Source: Caecitellus pseudoparvulus
Lineage: Eukaryota > Protista > Bigyra: Bicosoecida
NCBI GenBank assembly: GCA_965644315.1
Contig: CBFFRQ010000064.1
Coordinates: 325,863-389,862, forward strand
Length of the DNA: 64,000 bases
Direction: 5' to 3'
In this document: one piece after another, positions 23,418 through 40,539 of the stretch
How the letters are laid out: every line of letters begins with the position of its first letter
How positions within the stretch are numbered: position 1 is the stretch's first letter
Translations under genes and position numbers: made by a program
Notes under the pieces: generated by a model
What the model saw: only the letters and a program-made list of their open reading frames with translations
Told to the model about the DNA's origin: nothing
Database searches by the model: none

Positions 23418-25991
23418 ATGAGCTCATCGCCCACTCCTGCCGCCCGTGCGGCGGCAGACAGCCCTGCCTCCGCTGTGCAGTTGGACTTGCACGGCGACGG
23501 GCAGCTTCCTGGCGAGTTGGAGCGGGAGGCAGCGGCCGCTGACGTGGCAGCACTGGGCGCTGCCGACATGGACTCAGACGACGATGAGGCCGCAGCTGCT
23601 GCACTGCGGGCCAAGTATGGCCTGGGCGGGGCCCCCAAGCAGGAAGGCGCGGCGCTAGGCAGCGGCAAGTCCAGCGGCAGTGCAGCCCACGAAGCGGAGC
23701 AAGCCTCGCCAGCTGGGCCCGCGCCGGGTGGCTTCTCGTGGGACGACCCTGCCGCAGTCCAGCGCCTGACCCAGGACAACGCAGAGCTGAAGGCTCGCAT
23801 CAAGGAGCAAGCCCGCAGCATCGCCAGCCTGGAGGAGGCGCTGCTTGCAGTGACCCCAGCGCCAGGTCTCGAGCCAGGTGAGAAACTGCCTCGCAGCCCA
23901 AGCGAGCTATGCGCGTATGGCACGGCTCAGTGCTTGATTTATGTGGTGAAGAGAACTGCTGTTGTCGTGACCTGCCCTTGTCTGCGCTTGCCTGGCCGTC
24001 CCACTGCACTGTGCAAGTGCCAACGGCTGCCACACTATGCGGGTGTTGCTGCGCCCGGTCGCGCTGCGGCAGCAACCACTGCAGCAAGCGCGCACAGAGC
24101 TGCCCGCACCCTGTTCCCAGACAAGTTTCTCGGAGGAGGGGATGAGTCCAAGGAAGCTGATGGAGTGGATGTTGACCCCCGAGACGTCAAGATCAAGGAG
24201 CTCGCGAAGCGCACGCGGAAATTGAACCTCACCTTGCAGAAGGAGAAAGACGCCAAGGCCAGAGCAGAGGCCGACGTCCAGCGCTTGGTGGCAGAGTTGG
24301 AAGAAGCAACCAAGGCTCGATCAGCAGCGAGCTCTGCAGGCCCTACCCGCTCGCCAGGCAAGACCTCTGCGAAGGTTCGTGCTCTTCAGGAGCGCCTCGT
24401 GGCCGCTCACAGCCAGCTGGAGGCCAACAAGGCATCCCTTGCCCTGGCCCACAAGGCACTAGCCGCCGAGGTGGGGCCAGATGTCCCTGTGGCAGACGTT
24501 CTGGAGGCTGTCAGTCAAGGCGCCTCTGCTGCCGCGGCAGGCACCACTGGCCTCGCAGGCGGCAGCAAGCACACCGCCTCTGGCGCAGCCGGCAAAGGCT
24601 GGCGAGGCAGGTCCCAGCGCATTCTCCTGCTGAAGAACAAGGTGAAGAAGCTGCAGAGCGCATTGGAAGCTGCCCGCAAGGAAGGCCCCACGGCGGACGC
24701 CGGCTCGGAGGATGGGCAGGACACGCCGGCCGAGGCAAGCGAGGGGGCGGCCCACGCCAAGTCGCGCCGCAGCCGCACCCTGGAGTTCCTGGCCTCCGAG
24801 AACGAGGAGCTGCGGCAGGAGCTGGAGGCGGTGCAGAAACGCGCCGAGGCGGCACGGGCGCGACTTCGGGTCGTGGACATGGAGCGCAAGAAGGCCACCG
24901 CCAACATCACCACGCTGCTGTCCAAAACGGACAATGACGACAAGCTCATCTCAGCCTTGCGCAGCGAAGTGGGGCACTTGGAACGCAAGGTGGCAGAAGC
25001 ACAGCGGGCGGCAGCTGACGGCAGGTCGGGCGGCTCCACCCTGCACCTGGGCTCCCAGCCCTCCTTCGCCGCTGCCACGACTGTGGCTGGCCCGCCCTCC
25101 CCAGGCACTGACGCCGGCCAGCACGCCCACGCCGAAGCCCAGCGCCTGAGCGCCATTGCCCGAGACCAGGGCCGGCGCCTAGAGACGCAAGACCGAGTCA
25201 TCGCCACGCTGCAGGCAGAGGTGGCGGCACTGCGCAACGCCCAGCAGCAGGCAGGGGGGGGGGCAGCGCCTGCACCGACACCGGCGCCTGGTGGCATGGT
25301 GGGTGCCTCACGCCCCTCCAGCTCCGACATCCGGCATGTGCGGGGCATGGAGGTCGCATCTGCCGAGGCTGTGGCGCGCAGCCGCCTCCTGACCATGCAG
25401 GTGTCACAGCTGCAGGAGTCACTCAAGGCTGTCTCACACAGAGCTACACAGGCGGAAGGGACCCTGCAGTCGTACATGGCCAGGTCTGCACAGCTGGAAG
25501 CCCGCTGCCGAGAGCTGGAGGGCGCCGGCGCACAAGTGGGGTCTCCGTCCGATCCGCCTGCCCTGCAGGCCGCCCTGGCAACGCTGCAAAACCAAGCTCA
25601 AGCCACTCACATGCACCACGCGTCAGCCATCGCTGCGCGGGACGCAGAAGCAGCCCAGCTGCGCCAGGCCTTGGCCGCTGTGTCGTCTGCCTGGGACACC
25701 TTCGCCAGGGATTTGCGAGAGAAGGCGGCTGCGGCAGGGGTGGCGCTCCCTCCACCTCAGCTGGCCGCACCAGCAGTGGCAGCCGGCACGAGCCAGGGCG
25801 CGCCCCCCCCGCCAGGTGGCCAGCTGCAGCCCCTGCCTATGGGACCTACAGGACACGCACCCCCCAGACAGCAGGCACGCCCCGAGCCAGGTGCTGCGGA
25901 GCAGCCCAAGGCAGAGAGGCGAGTGCGCAGCAACCCGAGGGTATCTCCAGTTGCGCAGGCAGGTGGAGGAGCGCGGCACTCGAGGAGATAG
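23418..25991 (+). CDS. CCDC13-like coiled-coil (centriolar satellite/ciliary) protein
   Basis: KIKELAKRTRKL, GWRGRSQRILLLKNKV and KTDNDDKLISAL resemble CCDC13 motifs. Probable in-frame intron 23878-24120. Confidence 0.7.
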   Translation: MSSSPTPAARAAADSPASAVQLDLHGDGQLPGELEREAAAADVAALGAADMDSDDDEAAAAALRAKYGLGGAPKQEGAALGSGKSSGSAAHEAEQASPAGPAPGGFSWDDPAAVQRLTQDNAELKARIKEQARSIASLEEALLAVTPAPGLEPGEKLPRSPSELCAYGTAQCLIYVVKRTAVVVTCPCLRLPGRPTALCKCQRLPHYAGVAAPGRAAAATTAASAHRAARTLFPDKFLGGGDESKEADGVDVDPRDVKIKELAKRTRKLNLTLQKEKDAKARAEADVQRLVAELEEATKARSAASSAGPTRSPGKTSAKVRALQERLVAAHSQLEANKASLALAHKALAAEVGPDVPVADVLEAVSQGASAAAAGTTGLAGGSKHTASGAAGKGWRGRSQRILLLKNKVKKLQSALEAARKEGPTADAGSEDGQDTPAEASEGAAHAKSRRSRTLEFLASENEELRQELEAVQKRAEAARARLRVVDMERKKATANITTLLSKTDNDDKLISALRSEVGHLERKVAEAQRAAADGRSGGSTLHLGSQPSFAAATTVAGPPSPGTDAGQHAHAEAQRLSAIARDQGRRLETQDRVIATLQAEVAALRNAQQQAGGGAAPAPTPAPGGMVGASRPSSSDIRHVRGMEVASAEAVARSRLLTMQVSQLQESLKAVSHRATQAEGTLQSYMARSAQLEARCRELEGAGAQVGSPSDPPALQAALATLQNQAQATHMHHASAIAARDAEAAQLRQALAAVSSAWDTFARDLREKAAAAGVALPPPQLAAPAVAAGTSQGAPPPPGGQLQPLPMGPTGHAPPRQQARPEPGAAEQPKAERRVRSNPRVSPVAQAGGGARHSRR

Positions 25992-26040
25992 CCACGCAGC
26001 CATGGGAAACCCTGTCACTCAAACAAGCACTGCATTCAAT

Positions 26041-28010
26041 TCACTCCGTGCCTTTTGATCGCTTGGCACGCTCCTCTTCTGTCGGGGCACCACCCTGGCG
26101 TTGCCGCTTGCTGCCCCTTGGAGGCGCAGACCCCACCTGCGTCGCACCGATGCCAGAAATGGCGGTTGGCAGCTCGCCTTGCCCTTTGTTTGCTTTGTAT
26201 GCAGCCCCATGTCGTGCCATGTTCCGCTTTGACACCTCCTCGTGGACAACGATTCGCTCTGGGTAGTTCTCACCAACCACCACACCGTGCTGCTCTTGCA
26301 CGGCGCGTGGAGCCTTCCATGGCTCGAAGATGTACTTCTTGGGAAACGTGCGGAAGGCAGGCAGCCACTTCCGAATGAAATCCCCGTTGGGATCAGTCTT
26401 CTTGGGGAAGGCAACAGGGCTGTACACTCGAAAGTACTGGTGAAAGTAGGCGGAAGCGGACAGCCACAGCCAGTTGCCGTTGTTCAGTGCCCAGTCTGAG
26501 TCAATCAGGTACTTATCAAATATGGCTGCCCCCACTTCCCAGCTCTGGTACAGGTCTCCCCGTGTCAAGAAGCAGGCCACCGCATGCCGTGCAAGGTGGT
26601 GCAGCCACCCAGTCTCCACCAGTTGCCGCATGCATGCATCGATCCAAGGGTACCCGGTGCGGCCTTGTTCCCACGCAGCGACGAGGTCAGGGTCATGGTC
26701 CCACGGAATCTGCTTGCTAACGCTGGAACCAACCATCACATCGTAGTTCTTCGCTTTGAACGCTTCAAAGTAGTAGAACTCCCGCCACAGCAGCTGCCCT
26801 TCCAACGACGTCGGAGGGGCCCCATGTTTCGGGTGCTCAGCATACGCTGCCTTCAACACCTGCATCATGTCTCGCACAGAAACACAGCCGAACTTCAAGT
26901 ACGGGGACATGACCGTCGTCGAAGGCTCCAAACTGGTCGGGGCTGTGTTGGGCTTCGCGAAGTCAGCAATCCACTTGGTGCGTTTGCCCCACGAAGCCAT
27001 GCGCTCCAGGCCTGCCGACTCGCCGCCCGGGAACAGGGGTGGGGAGCTCGGCACCTCGTACCCGAGCGACTCAAGGCTAGGAACGCCATAATCTTCCTTC
27101 CCTGCAGCGTCATCCTCGTGAGGCAGGGCTGCACCATGCAGGCCGGGCGCAAGATCTCCTTTCTTCCTGCGGGGGGCGGGACACAGGCACCGTGCTTGAT
27201 GCGTTGGAGGAGGATCGCGCCAGCACAGGGCACGCACAGGGGGGGGAAGTCCCCTGCTTTCGGTGCTGGCACCACTGGTTGGAACTTCCCGCACTGGCGT
27301 ACAAGCTTGATGAATGGAGCGTATGAGTTGGGCGGACTGGAGCCAGCCACAGACAGCAAGTGCTCCATGTCGTGGAGTGTGTGACCGCTGAAAACATCAA
27401 CATGCACACCCGCTTTTCCAGCTGCACTCGTGACTTGGGCGTCCCGTTCTTGGGCGTACGGCTCAGTGTCTGCTTCCCAAGTCTGCACGCGATGAAGGAG
27501 GCGAGCATGACGTCACTTTGCCGCAGGCGACGCTGATGCATCCGTCTCGGCTCGAGCATGGACACACCATGTGCGAGATACCCCACTCCTTCCAGAGTCT
27601 TGGGAGCACCTCAATCGGCTTGCCCCGCACGACGATCAACCCTGAGTCCAATCGCTTCAGACTTTCATCCAAATCCTGCGAACGACGTGGGCGTACCAAT
27701 TTCCGCAGACCGAGCAAGGGCAATGACAACTGCCCGCACCCGCAAAGACTCGAGGAGGAAGCGAAAACGCTGCACTCCCACTCGTTCTGGATTTGCGAAC
27801 CAAGGATCCAGAATGAAGACTGGGGAACACCAATGCGAGGAACGTGCCAGAGCAAGTACGTCAGCGCTGGCCCAGCTGCACCTCACTTGGATACAACGCA
27901 GTGGCCCCTCGGGCAACTTCAACCAGTCCGCGGTTGTCCTTCAAGCGGAGTCCTTTTCGAAACCAGTGCATGCCGACCTTGGCTCCTCCCGCTGCCGCTG
28001 CAGCGGCCAT
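26041..28010 (-). CDS. (6-4) photolyase / animal-like cryptochrome (CPF1-type)
   Basis: HWFRKGLRLKDN, SPYLKFGC, GQLLWREFY, GRTGYPWIDA, WLHHLARHAVACFLTRGDL, DSDWALNNGNWLWLS. About 4 introns and a basic C-terminal tail. Confidence 0.95.
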
Positions 28011-28152
28011 GGTGAGATTGCTGTAGCGGCGAGGGGAAAAAATGCGGGGTTCAACCAGCCAAGCACAGAGCAAGATAGAGAGGGTCAGAGGAAATATGGG
28101 CAAACTTCATGGAGCGACTGCGTTGTTTTGCCAAATTATTGGCAGATTACTA

Positions 28153-28160
28153 TGACGTCA
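28153..28160. promoter_or_regulatory. CRE/bZIP-type palindrome TGACGTCA in the photolyase/XAP5 divergent promoter
   Basis: Exact 8-mer about 140 bp upstream of the photolyase ATG. A second copy lies in a photolyase intron (27508-27515). Confidence 0.3.
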
Positions 28161-28401
28161 CCTTTGCATAGCCGCGGGCAGCAGAGACAGTAGTCTGAGG
28201 AATGTGGACCTCACATTGTTGGCGGCGGATGCTAATTTTGAGGCTGTACAAGTCATTTCGAAGAGTAAAGCAAAACAAAGGGTGGCCTCGAATCCCACAC
28301 AATGCACTGAACGTCTGGGTCTCGCTTCGCACTGCTAAAGGTCTACCCTGCACTCAGCGTGTGCCGTCTACGCCAGCACCTCAGGTCTCCACTTGAGCAG
28401 G

Positions 28402-29579
28402 ATGGCATCCTCCTCCAGCGGGCCACAAGTGCCTCAGAAACCAAACCAGCCTGTGGGTTCCAAGACAGGCATTTACAGCAGTGAAGGACACAAGGCTGGA
28501 AGTCGTGCTGCTTCGCTTGTGAAGCAACGTCAAGCCCAGAGGGCTGAATACGAAGCCACAGTCGCTGCCATAGTGTCCCGTTCAAGTTCCGCACACCAGA
28601 CTTTGACCTCTGCAACGAAGGCAGCCAAGCCCAAGGTAGGGACACTGCATGCGCGACACGAAATGGAAGCAACATGTTCGTCTTTCTCTGCGCAGATCAT
28701 CGAGGGAGGCCTCATTGTCGGAACGAGCACGGCTCCCGCAGCGGCAGGCGGTGCCTCTGGATCATCAAGCACGTGCGTGTGACAGCCTTCGACCCTGGGT
28801 CGCGCCAGCACGGCACGCCATGCACTTCCCATGGTCACAGGAAGGCGTCTTCTGACCAAAAGGGCTCCCGTGACCGCTCAAAACGCCGGCGCGCAAGGCA
28901 GCCACTCTCTTTCTCCATGGACGACGAGACAGAGGAAGGAATGGAGGCCACCGTTGGGATGGCCGCAGCAGCAGAGGCAGGCTTTTCCAAGAAACCACGC
29001 CTGGGAAAGGACCCCACGACAGACACATCTTTTTTGCCTGATGCAGATCGAGCTGCGGAGGAGGCAGGGTTGCGTGAACGGTTGAAGCAAGAGTGGCGAG
29101 AGGAGCAAGCCCGACTGAAACAGGAAGACCTGCGAGTCACATACTCATACTACGATGGAAGTGGTCACCGGCGAGACATCACCGTCACAAAAGGCACTAC
29201 GATTGCGAAGTTTCTGGAAGCAGTTCGCCAGGACTTGGCAAAGTCCTTTCCCGAGATGAAACGAATATCCCCCGACACACTGCTTTACGTCAAGGAGGAC
29301 CTCATCATCCCGCACAACCTGACTTTTTACGACCTCATTGCGACGAAAGCCAGGGGCAAGAGCGGGCCCCTGTTTGAGTTCAGCGTCAAAGACGACGTCC
29401 GGCTCAACGTGGACCACCGAGTGGAGGTGACCGAATCACACCCGGGGAAAATCGTCGAGCGCCGGTGGTTTGACGCCAACAAGCACGTTTTCCCCATGTC
29501 CAGATGGGAAGTTTACGATCCGACCGTCGCCCACGAGAAGTACACAACGCACGGAGGCGAGGTTCGGTCCAAGCCGTGA
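28402..29579 (+). CDS. XAP5: XAP5/FAM50 family nuclear protein
   Basis: LSFSMDDE, LGKDPTTDTSFLPDADR, TYSYYDGSGHRR, LYVKEDLIIPH, ARGKSGPLF, NKHVFPMSRWE. 5' intron(s). Confidence 0.95.
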
Positions 29580-29696
29580 GCAAGTGTGTCAATCGAATGC
29601 CAACAACGTTCGCGCCCGAATCCAAATCTCATCCATTCTAGAACATCATCCTGACGTCGGAACAGTTTCAAGTCGTCCCCACCTCTTACTCCCACC

Positions 29697-30652
29697 ATGG
29701 CAGCCATTGTCGTCGACACTGAGGAGGATGACGTGCAGCTGGCGTCCGTCGCCCCCGACACCATTTCGGCTGCGGCGGCTGCAGCTTCCACTTCTGCCGT
29801 AGGCGCAGTGGCTTCTGGAGGGGCTGAAGCCACTGGGGCAATCCAAGTTGAAGAACCTGAGTATGCTGCCATGGATGCTACGCTGGAAGGCGTGAGTGCT
29901 GGGCATTGAAGGGAAGCATCTCTGTTCTGCAGGCTGTTGAGGAACGCAACGCTCTCGGCCTCGCAGGTTGTGACGGAGGAAGTGCGCAGCATCAGGGTGC
30001 CTCAGAACAGATACACACCCCTGAGAGACTCATGGGAGTCTCTCGTCACTCCTTTGGTGCAGCACATGAAGCTGCAGGTTCGATTCAACCCAACCCAGCG
30101 GTGTGTGGAGCTGAAGGTGAGCACGGCTGAAACTCCGAGGAAACGCACCTTTCCACACTCAGCACACCGCGAATTTGCAGAGTTCTGAGTTCACAACTGA
30201 GAAGAGTGCCCTGCAGAAAGGCGAAGATTTCATCCGCGCCTTCTTGTTGGGCTTCGAGGTGGAGGATGCGATCGCACTCTTGAGGATGGATGACCTCTAC
30301 ATTGGTGAGTTCCCCTCACAAGCCTCGCCCGCAATCAGCGTGGGTGCACCCGTCACACGCTGCGACAAACCCAGAATCGTTTGAAGTGCATGATGTGAAG
30401 ATGCTGAAAGGAGAGCACCTCTCCCGCGCGATCGGCCGGATCGCGGGGCACGAAGGCAAGACTAAATTTGCCGTGGAAAACGCGACGCGAACACGCATTG
30501 TCGTGGCGGACTCGAAGATCCACATTCTTGGAGCCTTCACCAACATTCAGGTTGCACGTGACGCTGTGTGTTCCCTCATCTTGGGCACCCCACCTGGCAA
30601 AGTGTACAACCACATGCGACAGGTGTCTGCCCGCATGGCTCAGCGGTACTAA
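29697..30652 (+). CDS. PNO1: Pre-rRNA-processing KH protein PNO1/Dim2, 4 exons
   Basis: [32 protein letters not shown]|[34 protein letters not shown]. Confidence 0.96.
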
Positions 30653-30848
30653 ACGGACCCACAATGCAATGTTGCTGCGACAACATCCTCTCCAAACAAC
30701 GAACCTGAGGAGATGTCTATAAATTGAACTGTACAGTAGCTAGCCCGAAAAGTAGCGTCTTCAGAGAGAGGACACGCGGTCGCGAAAAGCAAACCACACA
30801 AGTACAAGAAGCTCGTGCATTTAGCCTCAAAAAGAAAAAGGCTTTCAA

Positions 30849-31702
<854 letters not shown>

Positions 31703-32113
31703 CCTCGATGTCTGTCTCGTAGCTCTGTGCACCGTGCAGGGGGGAGAGGTACGTGCTACAGTTGCTCCTTCCACGCTCCACCACGCCAACGCCAGTGACT
31801 TGGCTCGTTCTCACCTGTCGCGTGTACTGTGGCGACTTGCGCAGTGTCAAGTGTGTTGGGCGAATGCCGTGTGCTCAGGAGTGTGTACAGTGTGTGCTAG
31901 CTGTGGGTGTGCTGTGTGAGTTTGAGTTGTGCTGTGGTGGGTGCGTTGGTCGTGGCAACGCGAGGGGGGGTTGTGGGGGGTGGAATGGAAGGGGGGGCTG
32001 GATGCGGGTCAGCGGCGGCGGATGTGCAGGGTAGTGAGGCCATGTGCAGCTGCAGGCAGCATGAGTGATGTGTCAGTGTGCATTCATGGGTGTGCACAGG
32101 GATGGGGAGCCAG

Positions 32114-32967
<854 letters not shown>

Positions 32968-33377
32968 CCTCGATGTCTGTCTCGTAGCTCTGTGCACCGT
33001 GCAGGGGGGAGAGGTACGTGCTACAGTTGCTCCTTCCACGCTCCACCACGCCAACGCCAGTGACTTGGCTCGTTCTCACCTGTCGCGTGTACTGTGGCGA
33101 CTTGCGCAGTGTCAAGTGTGTTGGGCGAATGCCGTGTGCTCAGGAGTGTGTACAGTGTGTGCTAGCTGTGGGTGTGCTGTGTGAGTTTGAGTTGTGCTGT
33201 GGTGGGTGCGTTGGTCGTGGCAACGCGAGGGGGGGTGAGGGGGGTGGAATGGAAGGGGGGGCTGGATGCGGGTCAGCGGCGGCGGATGTGCAGGGTAGTG
33301 AGGCCATGTGCAGCTGCAGGCAGCATGAGTGATGTGTCAGTGTGCATTCATGGGTGTGCACAGGGATGGGGAGCCAG

Positions 33378-34687
<1,310 letters not shown>

Positions 34688-35097
34688 CCTCGATGTCTGT
34701 CTCGTAGCTCTGTGCACCGTGCAGGGGGGAGAGGTACGTGCTACAGTTGCTCCTTCCACGCTCCACCACGCCAACGCCAGTGACTTGGCTCGTTCTCACC
34801 TGTCGCGTGTACTGTGGCGACTTGCGCAGTGTCAAGTGTGTTGGGCGAATGCCGTGTGCTCAGGAGTGTGTACAGTGTGTGCTAGCTGTGGGTGTGCTGT
34901 GTGAGTTTGAGTTGTGCTGTGGTGGGTGCGTTGGTCGTGGCAACGCGAGGGGGGGGGGGGGGGGTGGAATGGAAGGGGGGGCTGGATGCGGGTCAGCGGC
35001 GGCGGATGTGCAGGGTAGTGAGGCCATGTGCAGCTGCAGGCAGCATGAGTGATGTGTCAGTGTGCATTCATGGGTGTGCACAGGGATGGGGAGACAG

Positions 35098-36635
<1,538 letters not shown>

Positions 36636-37054
36636 CCTCGATGTCTGTCTCGTAGCTCTGTGCACCGTGCAGGGGGGAGAGGTACGTGCTACAGTTGCTC
36701 CTTCCACGCTCCACCACGCCAACGCCAGTGACTTGGCTCGTTCTCACCTGTCGCGTGTACTGTGGCGACTTGCGCAGTGTCAAGTGTGTTGGGCGAATGC
36801 CGTGTGCTCAGGAGTGTGTACAGTGTGTGCTAGCTGTGGGTGTGCTGTGTGAGTTTGAGTTGTGCTGTGGTGGGTGCGTTGGTCGTGGCAACGCGAGGGG
36901 GGGTGAGGGGGGTGGAATGGAAGGGGGGGCTGGATGCGGGCCAGCGGCGGCGGATGTGCAGGGTAGTGAGGCCATGTGCAGCTGCAGGCAGCATGAATGG
37001 TGTGTCAGTGTGAATTAGTAGGTTTCCAGGCAGATAGGCTTCTTGAGCTTGCTG

Positions 37055-37969
<915 letters not shown>

Positions 37970-37982
37970 CTACGATTGTCTA

Positions 37983-38216
37983 GCGAATGCCGTGTGCTCA
38001 GGAGTGTGTACAGTGTGTGCTAGCTGTGGGTGTGCTGTGTGAGTTTGAGTTGTGCTGTGGTGGGTGCGTTGGTCGTGGCAACGCGAGGGGGGGGGGTGAG
38101 GGGGGTGGCATGGAAGGGGGGGCTGGATGCGGGTCAGCGGCGGCGGATGTGCAGGGTAGTGAGGCCATGTGCAGCTGCAGGCAGCATGAGTGGTGTGTCA
38201 GTGTGCATTCATGGGT
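37983..38216 (-). promoter_or_regulatory. Fifth copy of the about 230-bp upstream block shared by all ubiquitin genes (TG-rich plus G-tracts on the + strand)
   Basis: Near-identical to 31860-32091 and the corresponding blocks upstream of genes 2-4. Confidence 0.65.
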
Positions 38217-38513
38217 TTGCATGCTCTCTTCGCGAAGCACGTCACTTGCGTTGAGTGTTTGGATGTCTCGTGCGGTGCATCGCCGCACCCTTTCCTTCTA
38301 TACTTAGTTAAATGATGAAGAGCGTCTCTGTCTCTGCTGATTTCCTACCTTTTGTGAGGTTTCTCTTTAGCCCCGAAGGAGGTTGCGTGATCCCTTCTTG
38401 TTTTTCTACACACACACACGAGCACATCGCGGCTCAAGACACTATCGTAAATTCTTCATACAGCCCAGTTTCACAACTCTTCTGTTGGTTTGCACACGTC
38501 CGCTGTACCAACC

Positions 38514-40307
38514 ATGTCTTCCCGTTTCGTCCGCGCCTCCAAGTTCAGGCGTACGTGGCAGAGTTGGGCGCGCTGCACCTTGCGCCAGCCGCACCACCGC
38601 CCCCTCCCATCCGCAGACTTGTTTGTCAACCATGACAAGCCTGAGAAGTCATTCCTGGACTTGGACCTGAGCACCACAACCGGTGACCACCCATACATCA
38701 AGGCTTCTGCCCGCTTCTTGTGCGTGAGCTCGAACTTTGTCAGCGCGTGGCACTGCTTTCACGCCCTGCACTGCACCTTGCTCCCAGTTCTGTGGCGGTG
38801 CGAGGAGGCGGTGGCGCTGTGATTGTGCGGCGCCTGGACCAACCAGGCAAGATTTCCAGCTCCGAGCCCAAGCTCGCCGGGCACAAAGGTGCGTGGGTGT
38901 CGTTGGGCAGCGCGTGGGGGCTTGAGGCTGGTGCACCACGCCAACCTGCGTTTCCTGCCAAGCCTGCACTTGGTTCTGTTGTGTGTTTGCGCGGCGCTGT
39001 GGGGCCCTTGCTGCCATCAAGCCAGCGGATTGCTGGTGGTTGTTTGTTGGGGCTTTGGGGGGGCTGGCGGCTGGACTTGCCGTGCAAGCGGCTTGTCTGT
39101 GCGGAAGTTGAACCTGCGTGAGAGTGTGCACCTTGTCCCGCGTTTCTTTGCAGCTGCGGTGACTGACACCGAGTGGAACCCATTCAACGACAACGTGCTG
39201 TACACGGCCTCCGACGACGCCACTGTGAAGATCTGGCAGATCCCTGAGGGCGGCCTGACGGAGAACTTGACCGAGGCAGCTGGCTCGCTGGATGGCCACA
39301 TCAAGACCGTGACGCTGCTGCGTGCACACCCCGTGGCGTCCAATGTCCTGGCTTCCGCAGGCAAGAAGCCCTGCGTGAAGATTTGGGACGTGGAGAAGTG
39401 CGACGACAAGCTGACCCTGGAGGACTTCGGCGGCTTCGTCCAGGACTTGAACTGGAACTACAATGGCTCCCTGCTGGCCACGACGTCTAAGGACAAGCTG
39501 ACTAGGGTGTGGGATCCCCGCTCCTCCAAGGTGGTGGCGTCTCACAAGTGCCACGATGGTGCAAAGGCCAGCAAGGTCTTGTTCTTGGGGCGCAAGGAGC
39601 AGCTGGTGACTGTCGGCTTCACCCGTCAGTCAAAGCGCGAGTTCAAGGGCTGGGACCCCCGCAAGCTGGACACCCCCCTGTTCCACAAGGAGCTGGACCA
39701 GTCCGCAGGCGTCTTGCTGCCGTTTTACGACGAGAGCAACAACATCCTGTACCTGGGCGGCAAGGGTGACGGCAACATGCGCTTCTTCGAGTTCGTGAAC
39801 GAGTCACCCTTCGTGTACACCCTGGGAGAGGACCGCACGACGACCTCTGCGAAGGGGCTGTGCATGGTGCCCAAGCGCACTGTGGACGTGAACCACTCTG
39901 AGCTCATGCGATTCCTGAAGCTCACCCCCAACACCGTGACGGGCTTCTCTGTCATGCTGCCGCGCAAGGCTGAGGGCTATGACCCCAGCATCTACCCCGA
40001 CATCCCCGCAGCTGTGCCTGCCCAGAGCGCTGAGAAGTGGTTTGCAGGAACTGATGTGGACCCCAAGTTGCAGTCAATGGACCCCTCGCAGAACCCTGAT
40101 GCTCCTGTGGCAGCTGCTCTGACCCTGGACCCTGTCGTCAAGGCGCAAGCTCCCGCGCCTGCTGCTGCTGCCGCTGGCAGTGGCGGTGCCGGCAGCAGCT
40201 CTGCCGAGGACCTGCAGAAGCAGCTGGATGAGGCCCTCAAGAAGCTGGCGGCCCTGGAGATTGAGAACAAGGAGCTGAAGGAGCAGGTGGCGGAGCTGAA
40301 GAAGTAG
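38514..40307 (+). CDS. CORO: Coronin (WD40 actin-binding protein), 4 exons
   Basis: MSSRFVRASKFR|HLF, WNPFNDNVL, ASDDATVKIWQIP, PFYDES, GKGDGNMRFFE, MLPRK, C-terminal coiled coil. Confidence 0.97.
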
Positions 40308-40539
40308 GCTTGCTGGCTAGCCCATCACCCGTTGTCCCAGCACGCAGACCTGCTGGTTAGCGTGGAGTGCAATGCACTTTCCAGTCGTCAGACTGCTGTC
40401 TCTCCCCCTCTTTGTTTGGTCAGAGGGGTCTACCCGACTTCTGCTGCGCTTTGCGAGGCTGCGAGTTGTGTGTGTCCTTGGCTCGGCAGCCAAGGCAAGC
40501 CCGGTCCCCTCCTTCAACAGTGCTGGGCACAGAGTCAAC

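Noticed and set aside
38311-38340. ATGATGA...CTGA resembling C/D snoRNA boxes
   Set aside because: Boxes are under 20 nt apart, with no convincing downstream D box or terminal stem.
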